Below, in pieces: positions 7,215 to 16,387 of a stretch of 64,000 nt of DNA. A model generated the notes under the pieces. That model was not told where the DNA came from. It saw only the letters and a list, made by a program, of their open reading frames with translations, and searched no databases. The position numbers and the translations under genes are program-made. Source of the stretch: Betaproteobacteria bacterium Ga0077523 (GTDB lineage Bacteria; Pseudomonadota; Gammaproteobacteria; Burkholderiales; Ga0077523). The first letter of the stretch is position 1, and each line of letters opens with the position of its first letter. The stretch covers positions 148,090-212,089 of the forward strand of contig LNDQ01000108.1 of assembly GCA_001464695.1 (NCBI GenBank). Direction: 5' to 3'.

Positions 7215-9089
7215 CTAGGGCACCAGCGACCAAACCTGCAACCGCACCCAGTCCAGCAGGTACCGAGTCCAGATCCAGATCAGCTTCCGGTCGCCCACGC
7301 TCACCTTGCCCACACCTTCCATCCCGGGGCGCAGCCGTTCGATGCCGCGATCGAGCTTCGCTTCCACGCGGAAATAGTTGCGCCCGTCTTCCGGCGTGCT
7401 CACGGGAGTGACCCGCGCCACGGTGATCGGCTGCTTCTGCGAGGGCATCGACTGCAACACCAGTTCGCCCTTCTGGCCCACGGCCACGTCGCGGATGTCG
7501 CGCTCGTCCACTTTCAGCACCACGCGATAATCCTCGAGGGGCGCAATCTCGAACAACACGTCACCGCGCTGCACCGGCGCCCCCAGCTTCTGCGTGAGAT
7601 CGCCGCTCACCACTACGCCGTCGAACGGCGCGGCGATGACCGTGCGCGCGAGCTTTTCTTCCACGATGGCAAGTTCGGCTTCGGCCTGCTCCACCTGCGA
7701 ACCGATCACGCGGATGTCTGCGCGTTCATGGTTGGCGAGCGCTTCGCGATACTGCTTGGTGAGTTGCTCGCGCTTGGCCGACAGCTTCATGCGCTCCAGT
7801 TGCAGGTCACGATCCTCGAGGCGCGCCACGGCTTCGCCCTCCTTCACCAGGTCGCCGGGACGCTTGGCCGCTTCGCCGACGTAGCCATCGAAGGGTGCCG
7901 CCAGCGCCCGCTGGATCGAGCCCTCGACCTTGGTGTCCGCGGCGATGCGATACGTCCCGGTGGCGAACGTGAAGAACAGCGTGGCGACCGCAATGATGAT
8001 GGCGGCCAGCTTCCAGGCGACATGGCCCGGGCCGAAGAAGCGGAACCAGAGGGCCTTCATCGCATCCCACGTGCGCGCTGCCGGACCGCGGTCCGCCTCG
8101 CGCTGGATCTCGGTCAACGGACCGAGGAGAGCCGCGAGCCCGTCCGCCAGTTCGATGTCTTCGTGCGTGAACGGTCGGCTGCGCTCCAGGCACAACGCCC
8201 CGACGCCTTCGCCCATGCGCGTGAGAGGGATCGTCAACACCGCTGCCGACCCGTGGACCTGCGCGAGCTTCTCGTGGGCGCGCACAACGTGGCCCTCGAC
8301 GCCCTCCTCGCCCGGCCACACCAGCCGCGTCTTCTGATCGACCGCTTCGTCCATGGCGGTCTCGATGGCGCGGGTCAGCTCGGCATTCTTCTCGAACTGA
8401 ACCGTGTGCGACAGCGCCTTCACTTGCGAACGCTTCCCCCGCTGGATGCCGAGCGAGACGCGATCGCAGTCGAGCAGCGACGCAAGCTCGGTGGCAGTGG
8501 CGGTGGCCGCCGGCACGAAACCGTGGTGTTCCAGGGCGGCACTGAACACGTCGAACACCCGCCGCAACCTCGCGGCCGCCGCAGCATCCCCGGCGCCCAT
8601 GTGCCGGCGCAGCAGCGCCTCGAGCCAACCGGCACCCCACGCGAGGTCACGGGCAAGGCCCTTCAATTCGCGTTCGGCGCGTCCTTCCACGTCCACCGCG
8701 ACCGCACCGAGGACGGTGCCGTCGGCCTGGATCGGCTGGGCCACGTGCGACCTGGCACCGTTCTCACCGGCGGGGACAGCGATCAGCGCGTTTTCGTGGA
8801 TCGCACGCTCGATGGCCTCGCCGAGCTTGGCTCGATCGCGCTTGGTATCGGGCCAGACCGCGGCCGGAACGAATCCTCCACCGCCCGGCTGCGCCAAAAC
8901 CAGAATGCCGTCGGCCGCACCTGCCTTGATGCAGGTGACTGCGAGCCAGGCCTGGCAGAACGCTTCGGCGTTCTCGGCCTGGGCAAAACGCATCCACGCG
9001 TCGTCCTCGGCGGCAGCCCGCAGCCGTGCCGGATCGGCAACCTGGAGGTGCGGGCGTCCTTCCGCCGGCGTCGGCGTGGAAGAATTCAT
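7215..9089 (-). CDS. GAF-domain (probably two) - transmembrane - HlyD-family adaptor fusion protein
   Basis: Start MNSSTPTP (ATG 9087-9089) preceded by AAAGGAAATTCTCC. The N-terminal half resembles GAF domains (GILVLAQPGGGGFVPAAVWPD...; LLDCDRVSLGIQRGKRSQVKAL...GALCLERSRPF). TM helix WKLAAIIIAVATLFFTF. The adaptor core has lipoyl-like halves and a coiled coil. Confidence 0.8.
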   Translation of the reverse strand: MNSSTPTPAEGRPHLQVADPARLRAAAEDDAWMRFAQAENAEAFCQAWLAVTCIKAGAADGILVLAQPGGGGFVPAAVWPDTKRDRAKLGEAIERAIHENALIAVPAGENGARSHVAQPIQADGTVLGAVAVDVEGRAERELKGLARDLAWGAGWLEALLRRHMGAGDAAAAARLRRVFDVFSAALEHHGFVPAATATATELASLLDCDRVSLGIQRGKRSQVKALSHTVQFEKNAELTRAIETAMDEAVDQKTRLVWPGEEGVEGHVVRAHEKLAQVHGSAAVLTIPLTRMGEGVGALCLERSRPFTHEDIELADGLAALLGPLTEIQREADRGPAARTWDAMKALWFRFFGPGHVAWKLAAIIIAVATLFFTFATGTYRIAADTKVEGSIQRALAAPFDGYVGEAAKRPGDLVKEGEAVARLEDRDLQLERMKLSAKREQLTKQYREALANHERADIRVIGSQVEQAEAELAIVEEKLARTVIAAPFDGVVVSGDLTQKLGAPVQRGDVLFEIAPLEDYRVVLKVDERDIRDVAVGQKGELVLQSMPSQKQPITVARVTPVSTPEDGRNYFRVEAKLDRGIERLRPGMEGVGKVSVGDRKLIWIWTRYLLDWVRLQVWSLVP

Positions 9090-9158
9090 GGAGAATTTCC
9101 TTTTTTTATCAGTAGCCTGAGGGTCTGGACTGGCAACCTCTGGAAGCATACACCTGCA

Positions 9159-9174
9159 AGCACAGGACCTGCCA
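9159..9174 (-). promoter_or_regulatory. candidate sigma-54 (-24/-12) promoter TGGCAG-N5-GTGCT upstream of the GAF-HlyD operon
   Basis: The minus-strand sequence TGGCAGGTCCTGTGCT matches TGGCAC-N5-TTGCW at the key GG/GC positions with correct spacing. It lies about 70 nt upstream of the ATG at 9089. No enhancer-binding protein is present in the window. Confidence 0.25.
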
Positions 9175-9182
9175 GAATCTCC

Positions 9183-9935
9183 TTACGGCAAGGCTTCGCG
9201 ATCCTTCCAGGGAAATCCCAGCCGCGTCACACCCGCCCGAATCTCGCCCATGGCAGTCTCGACCACGGCAGCATCGCCCCTCACCCCCAGTTCGATGTGC
9301 CGTCCCTCGGCACCGATGTGCGGCAGGCTGAACAGCTTCAGCGTCGGATAGCGCTGCACGATGTCCTGCATGAGGTCGATCAGCTGGCTCTCGCCGGCCT
9401 CGCGCACGATGATGGCCTCGTCCCGCTCGCGCGAGGTGCTATGCAGGTGCGCGTAACGCTGGTCCAGAACCCATTCCATCATCGGCCACGCCATCTCCGG
9501 AAAGCCCGGCAGGAAATGGTGATCGCCGTAGCTGAATCCCGGCACCCGGTTGTACGGGTTCGGAATGATCCGCGCACCGACGGGAAACTCCCCCATGAGT
9601 ATGCGTTTGGGGTAGGCCTCGGCGCCGAAGCGCGCCTCGATTTCGGCCTTCGCCTCGGGATGCAGCGCCAGTTGCACCCCGCCCGCCTCGGCTGCCGCCT
9701 GGCGCGTGTGGTCATCGGGGGTGGCACCGATCCCGCCGAAACTGAACACGATGTCGCTCGTCGCGAACGTGCGAAACAGCGTCTCGACGATCAGCCGCCG
9801 GTCGTCGCCGAGGTAATGGGCCCAGGCCAGCGCGAGGCCGCGCTGGCGGAGCAGTTCGATTGCCTTGGCGAGATGTTTGTCCTGCCGCTTGCCGGACAGG
9901 ATCTCGTCGCCGATGATGAGTACGCCGAACGCCAT
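9183..9935 (-). CDS. CinA-like / MoCF-biosynthesis (molybdopterin-binding) domain protein
   Basis: MAFGVLIIGDEILSGKRQDKHL...DIVFSFGGIGATPDDHTRQA is typical of the MoaB/MogA/CinA N-domain fold. I chose the ATG at 9933-9935. Confidence 0.75.
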   Translation of the reverse strand: MAFGVLIIGDEILSGKRQDKHLAKAIELLRQRGLALAWAHYLGDDRRLIVETLFRTFATSDIVFSFGGIGATPDDHTRQAAAEAGGVQLALHPEAKAEIEARFGAEAYPKRILMGEFPVGARIIPNPYNRVPGFSYGDHHFLPGFPEMAWPMMEWVLDQRYAHLHSTSRERDEAIIVREAGESQLIDLMQDIVQRYPTLKLFSLPHIGAEGRHIELGVRGDAAVVETAMGEIRAGVTRLGFPWKDREALP

Positions 9936-10026
9936 GGGTGCAATCCGCGAAGATGACGCGGACATCATAAGCGGCCGAGGCGAAGAGTGCGGCTGGGCCG
10001 GGGCCTGGCAACGCGGGGAACGGACC

Positions 10027-10272
10027 CTAGGTGCAACCCTCGTCGGCCCTGGCCGGCCGGCATTCGAGCCGCGTCTTGTCGGCGTTGCCGACGCACTTGT
10101 AAATGCTGTCCTTGCAGCGTGCGCACCACACCGTGGTGCTGCCCTCGCGCTTGTATTGGCTGTTGAGAATGTCGAGGTCGGTACGCCGACAACCGACGGC
10201 ATCGGCCGTGCGCGAAATCTGCGTGGCGCATCCCGCGAGCGCAAGCAATACGAATAGGCAAGCGTATCTCAT
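10027..10272 (-). CDS. small Cys-rich lipoprotein, unknown function
   Basis: Lipobox in MRYACLFVLLALAGC. The mature part is 81 aa with 8 Cys. An alternative start lies at 10281. Confidence 0.55.
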   Translation of the reverse strand: MRYACLFVLLALAGCATQISRTADAVGCRRTDLDILNSQYKREGSTTVWCARCKDSIYKCVGNADKTRLECRPARADEGCT

Positions 10273-10373
10273 CGATGTCATTCTTCGAGACGCCGACGAC
10301 CCCGCAGAATGAGCGGCGCGCAACGCGCGTCCGCTCGATTCCGCGGAAGTTGAGGGTCGGCTCCGCCGGCCCT

Positions 10374-10802
10374 CTAACCGGCTATGTATTGTTCGAGTTG
10401 TTCGATCGTCTGCCGCTGATCCGCGATCGTCTCCTTGACCACGTCCCCGATCGAAATCACGCCGGTCACCCGGTTCGCATCCAGCACCGGGAGGTGCCGC
10501 ACGCGCTTGTCGGTCATCAACCCCATGCACTCTTCCATGGTCGCGGTCGGCGGCACGCACAATACTTTCTCGGTCATGATCTCGCGCACCTGCGTCTCGC
10601 GCGAAGACTTGCCGAAGAGGATCACCTTACGTGCATAGTCGCGCTCGGAAAAGATCCCCGCCAACCGCTCGCCCTCCAGCACCAGCAGGGCCCCGACATC
10701 GCGCTCCGCCATGAGCTTGAGCGCGTCATAGACCGACGAGGTCGGCGCCACCGACAATACCTTGACCTTCTTTTCTTCCAGGACCTGTTCCACGGTCTTC
10801 AT
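10374..10802 (-). CDS. CBS-pair domain protein
   Basis: Two CBS repeats (VAPTSSVYDALKLMAERDVGALLVL; MEECMGLMTDKRVRHLPVLD...GVISIGDVV). Confidence 0.85.
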   Translation of the reverse strand: MKTVEQVLEEKKVKVLSVAPTSSVYDALKLMAERDVGALLVLEGERLAGIFSERDYARKVILFGKSSRETQVREIMTEKVLCVPPTATMEECMGLMTDKRVRHLPVLDANRVTGVISIGDVVKETIADQRQTIEQLEQYIAG

Positions 10803-10914
10803 GTCGTCACCCCTCCACGGTGTCCGGCCTCACTCCGGGACCATGGCAGTGTAGGCAAATCCGCCGCCCGGAGGAAGCGTCACCCTCGCCCTTGAGTCGC
10901 CGGACGGCGACCCC

Positions 10915-11367
10915 ATGTTGGGCGGGATGGACGAGACATTGCACATACCCTGCCCCCACTGCGCGGCCCTCAACCGCGTCCCGCGGGCGCGCCTGCGGCA
11001 GTCACCCAACTGCGGGAAGTGCAAGCAGCCGTTGTTCACCGGCACACCGGTCAAGCTCGACGAAACGACTTTCGATCGCCACATCGGCGCCGAACTGCCC
11101 GTGGTCGTGGATTTCTGGGCCGACTGGTGCGGCCCCTGCAAGATGATGGCACCGCATTTCGAGCGCGCTGCGCGCGAGCTCGAACCTGCCGTTCGCCTGG
11201 CCAAGCTCGACACCGAGGCGGCACCCGCGATCGCCGGCCGCTATGGCATCCGCTCCATTCCGACCGTCATCGCTTTCCGTGGCGGCCGCGAGATCGCCCG
11301 CCAGTCGGGCGCCATGGATCAGGGGACACTCGAGCGCTGGGTCCATTCGGCGCTGTCCGGAAGCTGA
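10915..11367 (+). CDS. trxC: thioredoxin 2 (zinc-finger N-terminal extension)
   Basis: CPHC...CGKC zinc finger followed by a thioredoxin fold with WCGPC. The start could instead be the ATG at 10927. Confidence 0.9.
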   Translation: MLGGMDETLHIPCPHCAALNRVPRARLRQSPNCGKCKQPLFTGTPVKLDETTFDRHIGAELPVVVDFWADWCGPCKMMAPHFERAARELEPAVRLAKLDTEAAPAIAGRYGIRSIPTVIAFRGGREIARQSGAMDQGTLERWVHSALSGS

Positions 11368-11451
11368 CGAGCGCTAGCCGCAGCCGGCGCCGGGTTGGCC
11401 CGTTTGGGCGAAGTGCCTCTGGCCGTTCGGGGGGAGTAGTCACCACACCCG

Positions 11452-14400
11452 TCAGATCTCCTCCCAGGCCTTCTCCACGCGCTTGAACGAAACCGGATAG
11501 GGTGTCTTCAACTGCTGGGCCCAGAGCGAGACGCGCAGCTCCTCCAGCATCCAGCGGAATTCCTCGAGCTTCGGATTGCGCACGCCGCGCGCTCGGTCCA
11601 TCTCGAGACGCTGGCTCCATGATCGCCACCAGTTGGCTAGCGTGTCCTGCCACTGGGCATCGCGGGTCGGGTTGGACGGAAACTTGGTGAGCCGCACGTC
11701 GATCGCCTTCAGGTAGCGCGGGTAGTGCTTGAGGCGCGCGTACGGTGCGCTCACGATGAAACCGTTGGGCAGCAGCGCCTTCAATTGCGCCTTGATGTCG
11801 TTCATCAACCGCTGCCAGGCCTGGGCGCCGGGCTGCTGGATGCGAGGCCGCAGCGCGTAGTACTCGGTCAGGATCTCGTTCACGAGGCTGCACACTTCGT
11901 TCGCGACATCGGTGAGCCGTGTGCGCGCCTTGACAACCCGCGCATCGAAAGCCGCCTTGTCGCGGATGCGGTCTTCCTCCACGAAGAACGCACGATCGCA
12001 GATGGCGGTGACCAGTTCCTCCTGCAGCTTCTCGATGGCGGACGCCTTGTCGTGCGCCCGCGTGCCGTCGATCTCGGCGAGCAGCGTGTACTTGAGCGCC
12101 ATCTCCTGCAGGCCGCGCAAGCTGCGCCCCAGATGCCGCACCTGTTCCACCGCCGACAACTGGAACAACCGGCGCAAGCCCCGATGAGTCGCCGCTTCCG
12201 CCTCCTGCTCGGTGTCGAGCAACCCCAGCGACACCGACTTTCCCTCGTCGACGATGGCCGGATAGCCCACCAGCTTCTGCCCCGCGCGCACGAACTCCAC
12301 CTGCTCCGGCAGTTCACCGAAATCCCAGGTGGTGACACCCTGGCGTTCGAACGAGCTGCGCGCCGTTTCGGTGAATTGCCGGCGCGCCTTCACACCGAGC
12401 TGCAGGCGCAGCGCCGGCAGATCGCGCCCCGTCGCCACTTCCGCACCGTGATCGTCGACCACGCGAAAGTTCATGCGGAGGTGCGAGGGGACATCCGCCG
12501 TGTTCCACGCATCCTTGGATACTTCCACGCCGGTCTGCTGCAGCAACACCTCCGACAGGATCTCGGTGAGAGGTACCGCATCGGGCTCGATCGCACCGAG
12601 CACGGCCGTCACCACCTGCGGCACCGGCACGAAATGCTTGCGCAGGCCCTTGGGCAGATCCTTCACGAGGTGGGTGACCTTGTCGCGCAACAGTCCCGGC
12701 ACCAGCCACTCGCAGCGCCGCTCGTCCACCTGGTTCAACAGATGCAGCGGCACGGTCATGGTCACGCCATCGAACGGATGGCCGGGTTCGAACCGATACT
12801 TGAGCGCGTACGTGACCCCGTTCATCTCGATCGAGTCGGGAAAACGCGCGGCGGTGATGTCCTGCGCCGCGTGCAGCATCAACGCCTCGCGCGTCATGTA
12901 GAGCAGGCGCGGGTTGGCGCGCTCGGCCTCCTTGCGCCAGTGCTCGAACGCGCCGACGTTCCAGATACCCTCCGGGACCACTTTGCCGTAGAACGCGACC
13001 ATCACCTCGGGATCGACCAGCACGTCGTGGCGCCGCGATTTGTGTTCGAGTGCCTCCACGTCCTTCACCAGCGCACGATTGGCCCGCAGGAACGGCGCAT
13101 CGAGTTTCGAGTCGCCGTCCACCAGCGCACCCCGGATGAAGATCTCGCGCGCTTCCTTGGGCGCTATGGGTCCGTAGCTCACGCGGCGACGAGCCACCAC
13201 CGTCAACCCGTAGACGATCACGCGCTCGTAGGCGATGACCTGCCCCGAAGCCTTCTCCCAATGCGGATCGAAATGCTGCCGATTCGCGAGGTGGGCGCCG
13301 ACCTGCTCGATCCATTCGGGTTCGACGGTGGCAACACTCCGCGCGAACAGGCGCGTGGTCTCGGTCAACTCCGCGGCCATCACCCACTTCGGCTGCTTCC
13401 GGCGCAGCGCCGATCCGGGAAACACGTGGAAACGGATGCCGCGCGCGCCCAGATAGTCGCCGCCGTCCTCGCTCTTCATGCCGATGTTGCCGAGCAGCCC
13501 TGCCAGCAGCGCGCGATGAACCTGCGCATAGTCTCCAGGCTTCTCGTTCTCGCGCCAGCCGAGCTCCGACACCAGGGCATGGAGTTGCCCGTGCAGGTCG
13601 CGCCACTCGCGCAGCCGCAGCCACGACAGGAAGCGGTCACGGCAGTCCGCCTGCAGCTTGCGCGTGGATTTCTTGTGCTTCAGCAGCTCGTCGTAGAACT
13701 CCCACATCTTGAGATAGGCGAGGAAGTCCGAGCGCTCATCGACGAACAACGCATGCGCCTGGTCGGCAGCGTCGGCTTTCTCCATCGGGCGGTCGCGCGG
13801 ATCCTGCACCGACAACGCCGCCGCGATGATCAGCCCTTCCTTCAGGCAGTTCTCCTGCTTCGCCGCGACGATCATGCGGGCGATACGCGGGTCGATCGGC
13901 AGCTTCGCGAGCTGGGCACCGACCGCCGTGAGGGTGTGCCGCTCGTCCACCGCGTTGAGTTCGGTCAGGAGCTGGTAGCCGTCGGCGATCATCCGCGGCT
14001 GCGGCGCCTCCACGAACGGGAAGCTTTCCGGTTCGCCCAGCTTGAGCGCCTTCATGCGCAGGATCACCGACGCGAGCGACGAGCGCAGAATCTCCGGATC
14101 CGTGAACTCGGGCCGGGCGTCAAACTCGTCCTCGCCATACAAGCGCACGCACACGCCGCTCGACACGCGCCCGCAGCGCCCCGCGCGCTGGTTGGCCGAC
14201 GCGCGCGAGATCGGCTCCACCTGCAGCATTTCCACCTTGTTGCGGTAGCTGTAACGGTTGATGCGTGCAAAACCCGGATCGACCACGTAGCGGATGCGCG
14301 GCACCGTGAGCGAAGTCTCCGCCACGTTGGTCGCGAGCACCACGCGATGTCCCGTGTCGGGCTTGAACACGCGGTCCTGCTCGGCCGCCGACAAGCGGGC

Positions 14401-15477
14401 GAACAGCGGCAGAATCTCGACCATCCCGGCGCGGTGTCGTCCTACCGGATGCTTGCGCAGGTGCTCGGCCGTCTCGCGGATCTCGCGTTCGCCGGGCAGG
14501 AACACCAGCGCATCGCCAGGTCCATGCGCGTGATACAGATCGTCGAGCGCATCGGCGATAGCTTCACCGAGATCGGGGGCCTCGCCCTGCTCGTCCGGCT
14601 TGAGCGGCCGGTATTTCACTTCCACCGGATACAGCCGTCCCGATACTTCCACCACGGGGGCGTCGAAGAAATGCTTCGCGAAGCGCTCGGCGTCGATGGT
14701 CGCCGAGGTGATGATCAGCTTGAGATCCGGCCGCCGCGGCAGCAGCTGGCGCAAGTAACCAAGCAGGAAATCGATGTTGAGACTGCGCTCGTGCGCTTCG
14801 TCGACGATGATGGTGTCGTAGGCGCGCAGGCTGCGATCCGTCTGAGTTTCGGCAAGCAGGATGCCGTCGGTCATCAGTTTCACGAACGGCTCGGGGCCGA
14901 TCTGATCGTGGAACCGCACCTTGTAGCCGACCAGATCGCCCAGCGGTGACCCGAGTTCCTGCGCGATGCGCGCAGCGACGGTGCGCGCCGCGATCCGGCG
15001 CGGCTGCGTGTGCCCGATCAGTCCGGTTACGCCGCGTCCGATCTCCAGACAGATCTTGGGCAGCTGCGTGGTCTTTCCCGACCCCGTTTCGCCGCAGACG
15101 ATGACCACCTGATTGGTGCGCAGCGCCGCCGCAATGTCGTCGCGACGCTCGCTCACGGGCAGCTCTTCCGGGTATCGCAGTGCGGGCATCCTCGAACGCC
15201 GCTGCGCCACGCGGGCGATCGAAGTGTCGATCGCCTTGACTATCGCCTCGATCTGGTCCGGCGGCGGTTGCTGCGCATCGCGCAGACGGGCGAGCTGCGC
15301 GCGCAGGCGGCCCTGATCGGCAAGCATGCAATCCGCGATGCGGGCGAACAGCGGATCGAGGGCAGAGCGGGGAGCGGCGGTTCTGGAGGCGGGCGCGGAC
15401 AACGCGGCAGGACGAAGGGGAGCAGCGGGGTGCAATTCTATCCCGAGCACCCTGCCGGAGCAGCAGTCGACTACCAT
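11452..15477 (-). CDS. hrpA: ATP-dependent RNA helicase HrpA (DEAH-box)
   Basis: GETGSGKTTQLPK, DEAHERS, TNVAETSLT and QRAGRCGR motifs, with the long C-terminal HrpA-specific region. The start is uncertain: 15477 overlaps the divergent eamA start, and an alternative Met lies at 15327. Confidence 0.9.
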   Translation of the reverse strand: MVVDCCSGRVLGIELHPAAPLRPAALSAPASRTAAPRSALDPLFARIADCMLADQGRLRAQLARLRDAQQPPPDQIEAIVKAIDTSIARVAQRRSRMPALRYPEELPVSERRDDIAAALRTNQVVIVCGETGSGKTTQLPKICLEIGRGVTGLIGHTQPRRIAARTVAARIAQELGSPLGDLVGYKVRFHDQIGPEPFVKLMTDGILLAETQTDRSLRAYDTIIVDEAHERSLNIDFLLGYLRQLLPRRPDLKLIITSATIDAERFAKHFFDAPVVEVSGRLYPVEVKYRPLKPDEQGEAPDLGEAIADALDDLYHAHGPGDALVFLPGEREIRETAEHLRKHPVGRHRAGMVEILPLFARLSAAEQDRVFKPDTGHRVVLATNVAETSLTVPRIRYVVDPGFARINRYSYRNKVEMLQVEPISRASANQRAGRCGRVSSGVCVRLYGEDEFDARPEFTDPEILRSSLASVILRMKALKLGEPESFPFVEAPQPRMIADGYQLLTELNAVDERHTLTAVGAQLAKLPIDPRIARMIVAAKQENCLKEGLIIAAALSVQDPRDRPMEKADAADQAHALFVDERSDFLAYLKMWEFYDELLKHKKSTRKLQADCRDRFLSWLRLREWRDLHGQLHALVSELGWRENEKPGDYAQVHRALLAGLLGNIGMKSEDGGDYLGARGIRFHVFPGSALRRKQPKWVMAAELTETTRLFARSVATVEPEWIEQVGAHLANRQHFDPHWEKASGQVIAYERVIVYGLTVVARRRVSYGPIAPKEAREIFIRGALVDGDSKLDAPFLRANRALVKDVEALEHKSRRHDVLVDPEVMVAFYGKVVPEGIWNVGAFEHWRKEAERANPRLLYMTREALMLHAAQDITAARFPDSIEMNGVTYALKYRFEPGHPFDGVTMTVPLHLLNQVDERRCEWLVPGLLRDKVTHLVKDLPKGLRKHFVPVPQVVTAVLGAIEPDAVPLTEILSEVLLQQTGVEVSKDAWNTADVPSHLRMNFRVVDDHGAEVATGRDLPALRLQLGVKARRQFTETARSSFERQGVTTWDFGELPEQVEFVRAGQKLVGYPAIVDEGKSVSLGLLDTEQEAEAATHRGLRRLFQLSAVEQVRHLGRSLRGLQEMALKYTLLAEIDGTRAHDKASAIEKLQEELVTAICDRAFFVEEDRIRDKAAFDARVVKARTRLTDVANEVCSLVNEILTEYYALRPRIQQPGAQAWQRLMNDIKAQLKALLPNGFIVSAPYARLKHYPRYLKAIDVRLTKFPSNPTRDAQWQDTLANWWRSWSQRLEMDRARGVRNPKLEEFRWMLEELRVSLWAQQLKTPYPVSFKRVEKAWEEI

Positions 15478-16387
15478 GCCGGGTTTCGCGCACCGCCTGC
15501 AGCCCTTGCCAACTCTCGCGCTCTACTGGATCTGCGTCCTGATCTGGGGTTCCACCTGGATCGCCATCACCTACCAGCTGGGCATCGTCGAGCCCGTCGT
15601 GTCCGTGGCATGGCGCTTCGTGGCTGCCGCGCTGCTGCTCTTCGGCATCTGCTTCGTCCGCAATGAGCGCCTGCGGTACGGTCGCCGCGAACACGCGTAT
15701 CTCGCGCTGCAGGGGCTGCTCATGTACAGCGCGGGCTACGTATGCGTCTACGAAGCCGAAGCGCGCGTGGTGTCGGGTCTCGTCGCCGTCGGCTATTCCG
15801 CCAGCCCGATCGCCAACATGCTGTGTGCTCGCCTGTTGTACGGGACCCCATTGAGTCGGCGCGTGGCCTTCGGCGGCGTGTTCGGCATCGCCGGGATCCT
15901 GCTGGTGTTCTCACCGGAACTCGCCCGGCTGTCGGCGAGCCCGACCGCTCTGGTCGGCATCGCGCTTACCGCCATCGCCGTGTCGGTCCAGGCCTTCGCA
16001 TCGGCCATCGCCGTGCGCAACGGCGAGCGCGGCATCGCGGTGTGGCCCGCCCTCGCGTGGGGCATGACCTATGGTGCGATCGGTTGCACCGCGTGGGTCC
16101 TATTCACGGGGACACCGATCGCCTTCGACGTACGTCCCGGCTATATCCTGTCGTGGGCCTGGCTCACGATCTTCGGCTCGATCATCGCATTCGGTTCGTA
16201 CCTGACGCTGCTCGGCCGCATCGGCACGGGCCGCGCCGGCTACATCGGCGTGATGGTGCCGGTCATCGCGCTGATCATCTCGGCATTCTTCGAGAACTAC
16301 CGTTGGACCTCCGCCACCTGGATCGGCATCGGTCTCGCGGTGGCGGGCAACTTCGTGGCGATGCGCGGCTACGGCCGGAAGGCCTGA
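15476..16387 (+). CDS. EamA/DMT-family transporter
   Basis: About 10 hydrophobic helices with two EamA-like halves (LALYWICVLIWGSTWIAI...). Start at MPGFAHRL (ATG 15476). Confidence 0.8.
   Translation: MPGFAHRLQPLPTLALYWICVLIWGSTWIAITYQLGIVEPVVSVAWRFVAAALLLFGICFVRNERLRYGRREHAYLALQGLLMYSAGYVCVYEAEARVVSGLVAVGYSASPIANMLCARLLYGTPLSRRVAFGGVFGIAGILLVFSPELARLSASPTALVGIALTAIAVSVQAFASAIAVRNGERGIAVWPALAWGMTYGAIGCTAWVLFTGTPIAFDVRPGYILSWAWLTIFGSIIAFGSYLTLLGRIGTGRAGYIGVMVPVIALIISAFFENYRWTSATWIGIGLAVAGNFVAMRGYGRKA

Noticed and set aside
7014-9956. 980-aa plus-strand ORF; also 5674-7218 (514 aa), 11725-14949 (1074 aa), 24000-26528 (842 aa) and 16515-17759 (414 aa).
   Set aside because: All are antisense to genes with strong motif support (GAF-HlyD, M50, hrpA, mnhA, phytase-like). 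They are Arg/His/Asp/Gly-rich with no recognisable domains. Long stop-free antisense frames are expected at this G+C.
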